Shown: positions 52,501-61,480 of the stretch, in pieces | How positions within the stretch are numbered: position 1 is the stretch's first letter | Layout: the number at the start of each line of letters is the position of its first letter | DNA from: Octopus vulgaris | Taxonomy: Eukaryota | Assembly (NCBI GenBank): GCA_951406725.2 | Contig: OX597825.1 | Span: forward strand, 86,614,001-86,678,000 | Direction: 5' to 3' | DNA length: 64,000 nt | Position numbers and translations under genes: made by a program | The notes under the pieces: generated by a model | Database searches by the model: none | The model's input: only the letters and a program-made list of their open reading frames with translations | What the model was told of the DNA's origin: nothing

Positions 52501-54840
52501 CAGTGATGTGAATATCCTCATTGCTTTACATCACTTGCTATGCTGACACGGGTCGGATGTTTTGACAAGATCCAATGTGTCAGAGGATCAGGTCTTGCCT
52601 GAGTATTTCATGTTTTGCATCGTTTCTCCAGCTGGGTGTCCCTTCACAATCCCATCCACTTTACAGAGTGTGGTGGCTCAAGTGCTAGCGGGGTGGTGAT
52701 GCTGGTTGGTAGTAATACAGGGTGTTGACTGGCAGGACTGAAGTTCAATGTGGCATGTAGTAAGAGGTTCTTGCTTTAGTTTCTGACCGCAACAAAACAA
52801 TGTAGTAGATAGGAGAGTGATGGGTGATAGGAGAAGGGACCCTGTTGTTTGAGGGAAGAGAATGGAACGAGGAACGAGGTTTGTAGACTTGTCAGAGACT
52901 TGGTTGTGTGTGGACACTTTAGGCTTTGAAAGGGTCAGAAGTTGTTTTGATTGAAATGGAATGTTTGTGTTTCTCTGTGTTGAAGATTAAATACAGATGA
53001 TAGGTAGGTTGGATAATAATAATAATAATAATAATTAATAATAATTAATAATAATAATTAATAATAATAATGATAATAATAATGATGATGATGTTGATGA
53101 TGGTAATGTGTGTCAGGAAGACACTAGGCAAGAAATGGAAACAATTGAAAGGAGAAGACATAAAATGCAATTAAAGTAATAACGATGTTAGCAAGAGACA
53201 GAAGTTTTAATTTGATGATAAATAGTTGTACGATTATTATTAAAATACTATTTCTAGTCTCTAACCTATAGTTTAGTTACCTACCAATATTATTAATGCT
53301 AAAATACTGATGAAGTCCATCAATATATTAGAAATTAGTGGAGCCATGAAATGTGGAAGGTGAAAAAAAAAGGAAAAAATCTGTAAAAATAGTTTTTGTT
53401 GATTTTGTAATGTTTATTTTTTATTTTAAATGTATTTTTGTATTGTTTTTCTTAACACCTCTTTCGTTTATAAGAATATTCTTTTGTCAATATTGTCCTT
53501 TAGATGGTTTGAATTCTGCTTAGAGCATGTTTTGAAATCGATATAAATCCACACAAATCAAAATATTTATTTACAGTCTTTTTTAAAAAAAGAATATTGT
53601 TTCCATGTTTCATTTTTGTTGCATTATCAAATGACATTTTTAGCAGCATTTTTAGCTTTTGATCACATTTTACCATTCCAGGAGAAATAGTTTAAGTAAA
53701 ACTGAATGGATGTTAAAAACATATAATAAAACGGTTAGAGTTGTTTAGTGTTGGTCTGGGTGTGGCAAGGGGGATCTTATTGAAGAGAGACACCAAACTC
53801 TCTGCTTTCTGGGCATTTACTTTGCTGTCTCCTTTTCTGGTTTTAAACTCAACTGCAACTAGTTTTATCTCTCAAACAAGATATAGAAACGATTATGCTA
53901 CCACAGATTGTAGCTTTTTAACAAACTGGAAGCCTAAATATTTTCCTATAGTTTTACTTGAACTACCTTCCATTTCTTTTATTTGTTTTTTAATGTATAT
54001 ATTGAGATGAGATTTGAACTTGGAAATTTTCCTTTTAATGCAGAATTTTAATTGTTGATTATAAATCTATTTTTTTTCCATGTCAGCCTGGCTGGACATA
54101 TTGTTGTTTTCCATTTGGATGCCCTTTCCATTGCTAACCCATGTCTCTTTCTCAATTCTCTCATTAATAAATATTCTGCTTTTTTCTTTAAATACAAACA
54201 AACTCAAGAATTTAAAAGGCCAAGAATAGTTGTGTGCCTTTGCTTCCGTTCCTTTGTAAGGCCAATGTACAAACTTGTCTCTGCTATTCTGACGCAGCCT
54301 CATAAAAAAACGAAAAAAAAAACACACAGACACAAAAAAAAAAATCTCAAATGAATTCCCTTTTAGAACTGGAAATAAATGTAAAACTGTTCTCCCCCCT
54401 CCCCCCAATATTTCAAACTTCTTTTTATTGTTCAATGTCTTGGCATTCACCATTCTGAGTTTTTATCTTTCAAGAGTTAAGCATTCCGATTTCTTTTTTT
54501 TTTCCTGCTCATTTGAAATCCTGCTTTGTCAGGTTTTTGCATCTGATGTTCTGCCCCAAACCTGTATGTGATACACACACACACACACACGCACACACAT
54601 GCACAGCCATACATATATGTGGGTGTGTGTGAATACTATTCCGCGTGTCACCATTTAATGTCCTCTTCATTTTCAATCTGAGGATGATGACGGGGGGAAA
54701 AGGGCATTCAGACATGAAGCACCCTGCTTTAACAAGCTTCATCCAATCCACCCCATGGGAACCGAAATGAACAAACAACAGAAAAGTGTAGGGAAGGCAT
54801 GGAGGAGCTGAGGACAACACATGCACACACAACCCATATC

Positions 54841-54876
<36 letters not shown>

Positions 54877-55048
54877 CATAATAGATCGTTAGCCACTACA
54901 CACATTTTTTTCTCTCCTTGTTTGTTTTCTGTGTCCCTTTCTGTGGAAGAGCGTAGGGTCGAAACGTAAAATACTTTTTCAATTCCTGAGCGTTATACTG
55001 ATACATCTTTTTGTTTTGTACACCACCTGTCTTCATCTTTTGTTTTCT

Positions 55049-55108
<60 letters not shown>

Positions 55109-57627
55109 ATATGTATATATATATACAATGCACTGTTCCATGATAGAAAATTCAACAAAAAAAGTACTCCATCTGGTGAGAGTTAAATATTAGCTTTATA
55201 TGTTGAGAAATATCTCCAAACATATCCTTAACATATGAAACTGTTAGTAACACTTGGACACATGTATTGTGTCCTGTGAATAAATATGAATATACATATG
55301 CATAGGTAGATATGCAGACACACATGCATGCATGTGCACATATTTGCAAGTCCATGCATGTATATGCATATCTACATTTCCCGTGTGTATATAATGGAGT
55401 TGAGATTATTTTGTTAGCAGTGTGAGTGTTATGAGTCTTGCTTCTCACTCAACTGCATTCTCTGCTCTGCGACACTTTGGTAGGAACAAAGAATTCTCTC
55501 GGACGTACCATAAAGAAAGAATCCCTCTCTGTCAGGGGGTCCTTTCTTATGTCTGAATACACATACGAATTCTGTATTCACCATCTCTTCACATAGAAAG
55601 TTAATGTACAAAACTGTAGAAATATTTTTTGTAAATAATCAATAAGAATGTAGGGATCCATTCAGAGTTTAGTTAGAAACCTGTAAGATGAAATTCATGT
55701 TTGAGAAAAGCTATTATTTTTTTTATAACAAAATCTGATATGAAAGCTGTAAATATGTGGTTTACATTTCCAAGTGTTATCACAACTGAAACAAAATTAA
55801 AACTTGTATTTTTAATTAAGACTTGTATTGTTAATTAAGACTTGTATTGTTAAACAGTCAACAATGCTGACAGATGTTTTGTTTAGAAAATATCTTAACA
55901 AGGATCCTTTTTTACCTTTCAGGAAGAAGAACTCCGAGGAAATAGAGGCTTTACGTAAATTATTTTGTAATGAGGTGCGTATTTTTGGTGTTGGGAAATA
56001 ATTTTGTTGGCAAGTTTAACTTTTAATATTGTTGTTATGGAAATGACAGAAATGTTTTGTTTTTTTAAAGTTGTTGGTTTCAACCTGACTGAGGTTGGAT
56101 TTATTTCTTGTATTTTCCAAGGCTAATAAAATATGCAACAATGAATTAGTAACTTAATTAAATATTTTTGATATAATTAGGGGTAGTGATTAAAATAGCT
56201 TTGCTTTAATTCTGAGTTTAATTAAATCAATTTTTTTGTAGTTAGCAGATATGATTAAGCTTACGTAATTAGTGGGCTTCATTAAATTGACCCAATTCTC
56301 TGCAGATTTGTGGCTTTGTACTGCAGCCAGGGAGGTGGAATGGAAAAAGAATGTCTGATAAAATCATCATCATCATTGTTTAACGTCTGTTTTCCATGCT
56401 GGTATGGGTCGGACAGTTTGACAAGAGTTAGCAAGAGACGGAAGACTGTGCCAGGTCCTGTTCTTCTGCTCTGGCCTGGTTTGTACAACTGGATGCCATA
56501 CACCAACCACTTTATACTGCCTAATACCAACCTCTTTACAGAGTGTATTGAGAGCCTTTTTTATGTGGCACCAGCCTTGTGATATTTGTTGGAATTCTTT
56601 ACATGCTGAGTTCAAATCCTGTCAAACTCCACTTTACTCTTCATCCGTTTGGGTCAATAAAATAAAACCCAAATATTTCTGTTCTATTTTCAAACTGGAC
56701 AGATCTGCCCTTTCACAGCAACCCTGCAATGTCGTCCTAAAGATAAACAATCACATCATGGAAATCCCAAAGCTACAAAATGATACATAATCAATTCCAA
56801 ACAATTTGAAAGAGTGAATCTGGGATGAGAAAGCGTTAAAAACCATTGGTTCAATTCTCACCAGGGTTCACCCAAGGCATTTGACTGTGCTCTTCACATA
56901 TTTGTATCATTGTTTTATTCTGTAAAGGCTTATCTGGGAAACTGACAGTTATTGCCATGTGTATAATACAGGTCTACTCCTAACAGGCTGTTGGTGGGTG
57001 ATACAAGAGTTCTTTGAATTTCCAACTCATCCCCTCCATGCTGTTAAGGAAAATCAATGTAAACAAGACCTGTGATTTCACATCAAAGCAAGGAAAAAAA
57101 AATGGATGTTAAATGATGTCATGACTCAGCATTCCTTAGTTTAGGTCTGTTTTGGTCATGCATTTCGATGTTTGGTATGGCTTCCACTGCAGCCGGGTGA
57201 CTTATTTGCTTTAAAGTCCAGCTCATTAGCAGTCACCCATTTATAATGAAGTAAATATAATACAAAACTTCCCCAGTTGGTCATTTTTAATTTGTCCTTC
57301 ATTTGTTAACAAACTGTCCAACTAATGCCAATGCGGTGAATTAGAAGTAAAGTGATGTTGGTTGCCCCTGAAATATGTTGCCATGTAAACGTTGTTGTTG
57401 TTGTTTTGTAGGTTTCTGAGGTCGATTGCCGGCAAGCCCTGGAAGAGACCAAATGGAACATACAGAGTGCCATAAAGTATATCAAGTTAAAGCAGCTGAT
57501 AAGTACTGGCTTGGCTGATGTGAATCGCTGCAAAGAGGCTCTGTTGAAATGCAACTGGGATGTAGAGCAAGCTGCTGACCATCTCCTTGTTCATCCAAAA
57601 GACAGCCCAGAATGTGTGGACGTCTAA
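5825..57627 (+). CDS. Ack-like: ACK-family non-receptor tyrosine kinase (PR2/Ack-like, TNK2-related), 5'-partial; join(5825..6016,8637..8734,12334..12460,14440..14589,14720..14826,16934..17076,21364..21522,22299..22455,25109..25232,25809..26030,32043..34654,55923..55974,57412..57627)
   Basis: All 13 exons have AG/GT boundaries with matching phases (4359 nt, 1452 aa + stop). Motifs: [54 protein letters not shown]3-like segment, CRIB ([15 protein letters not shown]), C-terminal UBA-like helices. The kinase-SH3-CRIB-...-UBA order is diagnostic of the ACK family. Confidence 0.93.
6315..6630 (+). mobile_element. tRNA-derived CORE-like SINE family B (others ~1250-1420, 6960-7140, 39840-39990, 45160-45830, 49570-49862(-), 49985-50197)
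   Basis: GTTCAGTCCCACTGCATGGCACCTTGGGCAAGTG...CCTTGTGAGTGGATTTGGTAG and 3' CAGCATGGCCACAGTC..TGACTGAAACAAGTAAAAGA repeated across the window. Confidence 0.8.
7533..7578 (-). ncRNA. Minimal type I hammerhead ribozyme motif, copy 1
   Basis: Minus strand reads GACAC-CUGAUGA-A-GGCUG(gagggtatat)CAGCC-GAA-ACAU-U-GUGUU: stem I, conserved core, 5-bp stem II, GAAA; stem III palindrome altered by a CpG transition. Confidence 0.8.
7899..7944 (-). ncRNA. Minimal type I hammerhead ribozyme motif, copy 2
   Basis: Minus strand reads GACAC-CUGAAGA-A-GGCUG(gaaggtatat)CAGCC-GAA-ACGU-U-GUGUU; palindromic stem III ACGU; GUU cleavage triplet. Confidence 0.85.
8637..8734 (+). CDS. Ack-like: Kinase exon: [33 protein letters not shown] (DFG and activation loop)
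   Basis: ctccag|GTAAAG ... GCTTG|gtgagt; 98 nt. Confidence 0.96.
9885..10062. mobile_element. piggyBac-like MITE (family also at ~4366-4600, 13012-13547, ~56660-56840)
   Basis: Termini CCTTTAGCATT ... AATGCTAAAGGG-TTAA; shared internal CTCACACCTACCCTACAATGTCATT. Confidence 0.7.
12334..12460 (+). CDS. Ack-like: Kinase exon: [42 protein letters not shown]
   Basis: ttacag|GTGTGCT ... CAACAG|gtaggt; 127 nt. Confidence 0.96.
13012..13547. mobile_element. piggyBac-like MITE interrupted by an RTE-tail SINE (~13055-13345)
   Basis: TTAA-CCTTTTAGCATT ... AATGCTGAAGAG-TTAA; internal insertion ending ...GGACGTTATATGATGTGATGAT. Confidence 0.7.
14440..14589 (+). CDS. Ack-like: Kinase exon (subdomains X-XI): [50 protein letters not shown]
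   Basis: cctaaag|ATCCTT ... CCAAAG|gtaagt; 150 nt; CW...RPTF motif. Confidence 0.95.
14720..14826 (+). CDS. Ack-like: SH3 exon 1: [35 protein letters not shown]
   Basis: ttgtag|ATGCGC ... AAGAA|gtaagt; 107 nt; follows a 130-nt intron. Confidence 0.9.
16447..16504. repeat. Compound (TC)n(TA)n microsatellite
   Basis: Direct reading. Confidence 0.95.
16934..17076 (+). CDS. Ack-like: SH3 exon 2: [47 protein letters not shown]
   Basis: ttgcag|TCCAGAA ... AAGG|gtaacc; 143 nt; FWKG...GLF SH3 signature. Confidence 0.9.
18204..18450 (+). mobile_element. RTE-tail SINE family C (others ~1500-1683, 3825-4035(-), 9560-9861, 15170-15290, 24855-24995(-), 36730-36870(-), 56365-56575(-))
   Basis: GAGTGGTTGGCGTTAGGAAGGGCATCCAGC...CCAACCCATGCCAGCATGGAAAACGGACGTTAAACGATGATGATG; same 3' end as the RTE LINE at 51753. 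Confidence 0.85.
18698..19447. repeat. Inverted repeat with ~128-bp arms (18698-18825 and 19321-19447)
   Basis: GTTAAGTGGATGGAAGTTAGTTAGCC...CTGAGACACA is the reverse complement of TGTGTCTCAG...GGCTAACTAACTTCCGTCCACTTAAC, with few mismatches. Confidence 0.9.
19005..19235 (+). mobile_element. tRNA-derived SINE family A, best-preserved copy (others ~3130-3335, 17956-18175, 27320-27710(-), 28405-29075, 30931-31145, 44320-44590, 46680-46885(-), 51598-52375, 59218-59510, 61255-61600)
   Basis: A-box-like TGGCAGAATCGTTAG, B-box GAGTTCAAATTC, shared central GCCTTTCATCCTTTCGGGGTCGATAAATTAAGTACCAG. Confidence 0.85.
19449..19494. repeat. (TG)n microsatellite (one of many TG/CA, TA, ATT and CAT tracts)
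   Basis: Direct reading. Confidence 0.95.
21364..21522 (+). CDS. Ack-like: CRIB (Cdc42-binding) exon: [53 protein letters not shown]
   Basis: ttcctag|AATCC ... CCAG|gttagt (alternative same-phase donor at 21492); ISxP-x-D-x-RHxGHxG CRIB consensus. Confidence 0.92.
21660..21862. repeat. Interspersed repeat family (also ~15378-15535, ~40330-40502)
   Basis: Shared TTTAAyCyCAGGTCAGC..TGATCAAGCAGACCTAT ... GGAGATTTGGCTGCTATTTCTAGC ... ACATAGAGG. Confidence 0.6.
22299..22455 (+). CDS. Ack-like: Linker exon: [53 protein letters not shown]
   Basis: ttggcag|GTAAA ... ACATG|gttagt; phases match both neighbours; CpG-rich relative to introns. Confidence 0.85.
22510..22780 (+). mobile_element. Degenerate non-LTR (RTE-like) reverse transcriptase fragment
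   Basis: [23 protein letters not shown]...FVDLKK...RVP matches the QxGF..GRST...FVDLEKAFDRV RT motifs, with a stop and frameshifts. Confidence 0.7.
25109..25232 (+). CDS. Ack-like: Exon: [41 protein letters not shown]
   Basis: gcttcag|GTCTAGT ... CTAACT|gtaagt; 124 nt, phase 2/0. Confidence 0.87.
25809..26030 (+). CDS. Ack-like: Exon: [21 protein letters not shown]...PLIPPHVP
   Basis: ttttag|ACTTCA ... GTTCCT|gtaagt; 222 nt, phase 0/0. Confidence 0.9.
29862..30147 (+). mobile_element. 5'-truncated RTE-type LINE 3' end
   Basis: ORF tail [20 protein letters not shown]...[13 protein letters not shown]; 3' (CAAGT)2 tail; 13-bp TSD CATTACTATATTC at 29849-29861 and 30148-30160. Confidence 0.85.
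31144..31194. repeat. (ATT)n microsatellite at a SINE tail
   Basis: Direct reading. Confidence 0.95.
32043..34654 (+). CDS. Ack-like: Large 2612-nt exon encoding a Pro/Ser-rich disordered region with PxxPxR/K motifs
   Basis: tttcag|GAAACT; 870 open codons; ends GATAG|gtaaac (phase 2, matching the exon at 55923). Confidence 0.9.
35132..35448. repeat. Long imperfect palindrome with ~140-bp arms and a ~26-nt loop
   Basis: GAATTAAAGGGGTTAGAATT vs AATTCAACCCCTTTAATTC; TTACACAGAATAGAAATGATAT vs ATATCATTTCTGTTCTGTGTAA; AAAAAATGTATATTTGGTTA vs TAACCAAATATACATTTTTT. Confidence 0.85.
45315..45600 (-). mobile_element. tRNA-derived SINE nested in a family B SINE
   Basis: Minus strand starts GTGTGGCTTAGTGGTTACG...TGTGTCCTTGAGCAAGACACTTTAC; family B resumes at ~45605. 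Confidence 0.65.
51753..52330 (-). mobile_element. RTE-type LINE 3' fragment with (GAT)n tail, nested in a SINE
   Basis: ORF ...[20 protein letters not shown]...[12 protein letters not shown]... is the typical RTE ORF2 C-terminus; host SINE halves at ~51598-51752 and ~52331-52375. Confidence 0.85.
54874..55051 (+). mobile_element. ~180-bp element inside a (TA)n tract with a degenerate hammerhead-like motif at 54937-54972
   Basis: (TA)n on both sides; CUUU-CUGUGGA-A-GAGC(GUAG)GGUC-GAA-ACGU-A-AAA. Confidence 0.55.
55795..55851. repeat. 19-bp tandem repeat x3 (AATTAAGACTTGTATTGTT)
   Basis: Two identical units and one with two mismatches. Confidence 0.9.
55923..55974 (+). CDS. Ack-like: 52-nt exon: (R)[17 protein letters not shown], start of the UBA-like region
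   Basis: cctttcag|GAAGAAG ... AATGAG|gtgcgt; bridges the phase-2 donor at 34654 to the phase-0 last exon. Confidence 0.85.
57412..57627 (+). CDS. Ack-like: Last coding exon, UBA-like: [71 protein letters not shown]
   Basis: ttgtag|GTTTCT ... GTCTAA; CxxAL...W+++A pattern typical of the ACK C-terminal UBA. Confidence 0.93.
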   Translation, partial: VSEVDCRQALEETKWNIQSAIKYIKLKQLISTGLADVNRCKEALLKCNWDVEQAADHLLVHPKDSPECVDV

Positions 57628-57857
57628 ACTCTCACACCTTCAATATATTCTCAAAATGTTAAAAACCAAACAAATGCAACAAGAGAAATCTCATAAACAC
57701 TAACTTAACGAATCCTGTGACTTTGCTACACAAATGAACAAAAACAAAAACAAAAAAACATCTGACTTTTATTTTATTTTCTTTTTCTGCAGACATTTTA
57801 TATTGGAATTTCTGCTTCCATTCTTTGCACCCTTCTGTAATAATTTTTCCTTTTGAG

Positions 57858-57898
<41 letters not shown>

Positions 57899-58422
57899 TT
57901 CACTTGCAACAGGTATGTTTTGCATTGCAGTTAAACCACCACAGTCCTTGTAGCTTCTCCCCCCCCCCCTCTTCGATATTCTCTGGCTGCCTCAGCCAGA
58001 AGACATCCTTGTAGATTGTCCCCTAAGCCTGTTGCCATCAACAATTCCAACTCCTTCAACTCAACTTGTATAATAGTGCAAAAACCCTGAAACTACCAAA
58101 TTTCAAATATCGCAAGTAATGCTTTGTCTTTGTGATTTTCTTTCTTTCTTTCTTTACAACATTTTCAGAAAGTGTTACTCTGCATGCAAGCAAATATCAA
58201 AGAAGTAGAGGAATGGGTGGAAAGGATGCGTGTGTGCATGTGTGCGTGCGTGTGCGTGCGTGTGTGTATGTGTGTGTGTGTGCTTCTGTGTGAGAGTCAA
58301 AACTTTTCACTGCACAAATCTAGCAATTTTAAAGAATTACAGTGAAGAAGAAGCAAAATATCTTTGGTTATTCTTTGTAATATAATTGTGTGTGTGTATA
58401 CATGCTTACATATGCATGTGTT

Positions 58423-58462
<40 letters not shown>

Positions 58463-59543
58463 TGTATATAAATGTGTGTGTATATATGTGTGTATATACA
58501 TACATGATTATACACACACACTTATAAATTCATATATATATATATATATAGACTGCTCCCTTTTAAATTGAGTCATTAATGATATCCGCCAGCTTTTTTT
58601 CTGTTTAAAAAAAAAAGATACAAACATTTCTGTTTGGATTTTCAAGGCATGAAATGTAGAAGAATTGTGACTAAAACTGTATATCTCTGGCACCATTCTG
58701 ACACCCACCCGCTTCTACATATTGCGTGTGGGTGCATTACAGAGCATTATGTGAGTTTGGTTCCTGTGATGGTTTTTCCCTTGGTCGACTATTATGGTTA
58801 GAATTGTCTTCAGTCAATTTATTCTGTCGACCTCAGCTCCTGAACTTGTTCTCTGTTCTGTCAACTCTTTCCGTTCCTTATTTCCATCAATATTCTTTGA
58901 GTTCTCTATGAAATTGTTGTAAATATTTCTTCATCTTTGATTCTTCTGTCTTGGAACTTCCAAACTGTCTGCTGCCTATTCTTGTCGTTTCTTTGGACAC
59001 TCCACTGTCATGTGTCAGTATGACTAATGGTTAACTGTTGTTATGTTATATTTGTTCTTGGTTCGTTAATCTTTTATCAGTTGAATGATTATGAGTTAAC
59101 CCTACATAACTCTTCAACATTGTTAATTAGTGTAAATTATCAATTAAGTCCTGGCCTTGATTACTTGACTCTCCCCTCACTCTCACAACCACCTGCCTGG
59201 CCCTGTGCCTATGGTACTGGACTGGCAGAGTTGTTAGAGATGAAATGCTTTCTGCTATTTATCCTGGCATTTCACATTTAGAGTTCCAATCTTGTTGAGG
59301 TCACCTTTGCTTTTCATTCTTTAGGGGGCAATAGAATAAATATATTGGTTGAGTACTAAGTGTCAGTATGTCTCCTCTCCTTAGGTAACTGACTGTGGAC
59401 CTAATTTAGAGACCAATAGGATAAAAGTTGTTCAATTGGTAGAATCAGTGGAGCATCAAACACTATACTTTGTGCCACTTCTTTCAGCACTTCTGAGTTT
59501 GAATTCTGCCCAAGAAAGCAAAGGTTTGAACATAGTGTTGTGA

Positions 59544-59861
59544 AAAAAATAAAATGTTTTGAATGGTACAACAATACATTTATAACACAAACAATGGCCT
59601 ATAATAAACTGTTGTAATTTAACCATCCATAACCTGATATGATATTTCGGAATACAAATTCACTGCTAGTGACTCCATCAATTCCTAGGGATATCTGAGG
59701 AAGGAATTTGTATTCCGAAATATCATATCAGACTATGGATGACTAAATTACAACAGTTTATTATAGGCCATTGTTTGTGTTATAAATGCATTGTTGTACC
59801 ATTCAAAACATTTTATTCTTTACAAACAAAACACAATGCTTCAAGCAAACTACAATACTCT
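59544..59861 (+). mobile_element. Fold-back (inverted pLTR-like) non-coding insertion carrying a hammerhead motif
   Basis: ~114-bp near-perfect inverted arms 59548-59661 and 59704-59817; ~44-nt unique 3' tail; TSD CA(T/C)AGTGTTGTGA at 59531-59543 and 59862-59874. Confidence 0.85.
59690..59729 (+). ncRNA. Minimal type I hammerhead ribozyme, motif-intact
   Basis: GAUAU-CUGAGGA-A-GGAAU(UUGU)AUUCC-GAA-AUAU-C-AUAUC: perfect 5-bp stems I and II, complete core, palindromic stem III, AUC triplet (predicted cut after 59724). Confidence 0.85.
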
Positions 59862-61440
59862 CACAGTGTTGTGACTTTTGCTTTCCAGCATTTTAGGTTT
59901 CATAAAATATAGTAACTGCTGAGGATGATTCAATTAACTCCTCCACATTTCTTTGTTCTTAAATTAAAGGCAGTAATTAAATATGCTAATATATAATAAT
60001 TAATGACAGTGCTTTAATGCTAATATATGATAATGACAGAGCTGGTGCTGTAACGTGGCAGTCGGTTTTGAATGAACGACTCGGTTATAGTCTTTGTTGG
60101 AACTATTTAAAATGGTTAATCGCACAAACATTGCAACATCCGCAGCCACTTGGAATTTGGCAATTCTCGTCTCCCCTTATTTTATGTCTAGTAATAATAA
60201 TAATAATAATAATAATGATAATTTCTTTATTTACAACTATGGGTTTGCAAAAAAACCCAAAAAAACCATTGGGGATTGTACAGGACAATACAGTGTCGGG
60301 TTACACAAATAGAAGCGTGTAATAATGATAATCTTAATAATAATGATAATGATAATCTTAATAATAGTGGTGGTATTAGATGTTAGTGTTTTTGCTGATC
60401 TGTTAGTGATGTTTGTGTTATTTGTCGATGCTCCTTGACCATTCTCTCTACAGAAGGGTCCAAACCTTCTACAAACTCGGCTGCTGCTGCTTCTCTCCGT
60501 CTTCATCGATGATGTTGTCTCAGTTGATTCTGAGAGAAGAAAAGTAGAATGGGCGCCATTTTTGCAACTAATTTGAAAATATAGGATTAATTCTTAGGAC
60601 TCCATTAAAAAGGGTTTCTTTTTAAGTCTTAAAAAAATACCCAACTTAATTTATTAACAAAAAGGTTTTCATTATATTTTTATAATTTCCCTGTCATTTC
60701 TAGCTTTTTTTGAAGACCTTGAAACAATTTAACAAATCTTACTCTTGAGTTCTCTCCCTTCCATTGGTGATCTCCCCATTTTCTCTGTAAAATAAAGTTA
60801 AGATCTTTGATTAGTCACCTCTTCCATAACAAGTTAATTAACAGTGAGGGTTCCCTTATTTTTTAAATTTCATTATCCACTTAATGAAATTTTATTTTGA
60901 GGACAAAAACTGTACAATTGCGGCAAAGGCAATAACATAATTAGTCATTGAACAAAAGTAAAGGTTTTGGATGTGAAACCAAAAGTTATTCTTCTGCTGG
61001 TTTTCAGATCATTTTATTTAATGATATTTCTCGAGTTTGATTCCCAGGCCAGGCTTTGAATTTATGTCTTCATATATAATTTTTGTTATTTTCAAATGAA
61101 AAGCAACTCTATAAACATCAATCTCCAAATGATAAATATTTACTTAGAGACTCATTGACATCAAAACTCAGTTGTGCTCCCACTTTACAACTGAATTATT
61201 TATTTTGGTGATGAAACCATTTCAAGTCCAATTGTTTTTTGTTTATTCTGTTTCCAGGCAGTGGACTTGCAGAGTCTGTTGGGAATCAGACTTAATATTT
61301 CATCTGTCTCTCTTTATGTTAGGAGTTCCAATTTCACTAGTTTGACTTTGAGGTTTCTGGACTTCATAAGTTTCAGTCATGTACTTGGGTTGATGTTTTT
61401 TCTCTCGTCCAAATTAGAAAGTTTGTGCCTCTGTTAGAAG

Positions 61441-61480
<40 letters not shown>

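Noticed and set aside
53700-54460. 128-aa minus-strand ORF as a gene
   Set aside because: No splice signals or domain; broken by homopolymer runs; more likely a heavily decayed LINE remnant, as at 1-700, 11100-11560, 47400-48000 and 60560-61250, none classifiable by eye.
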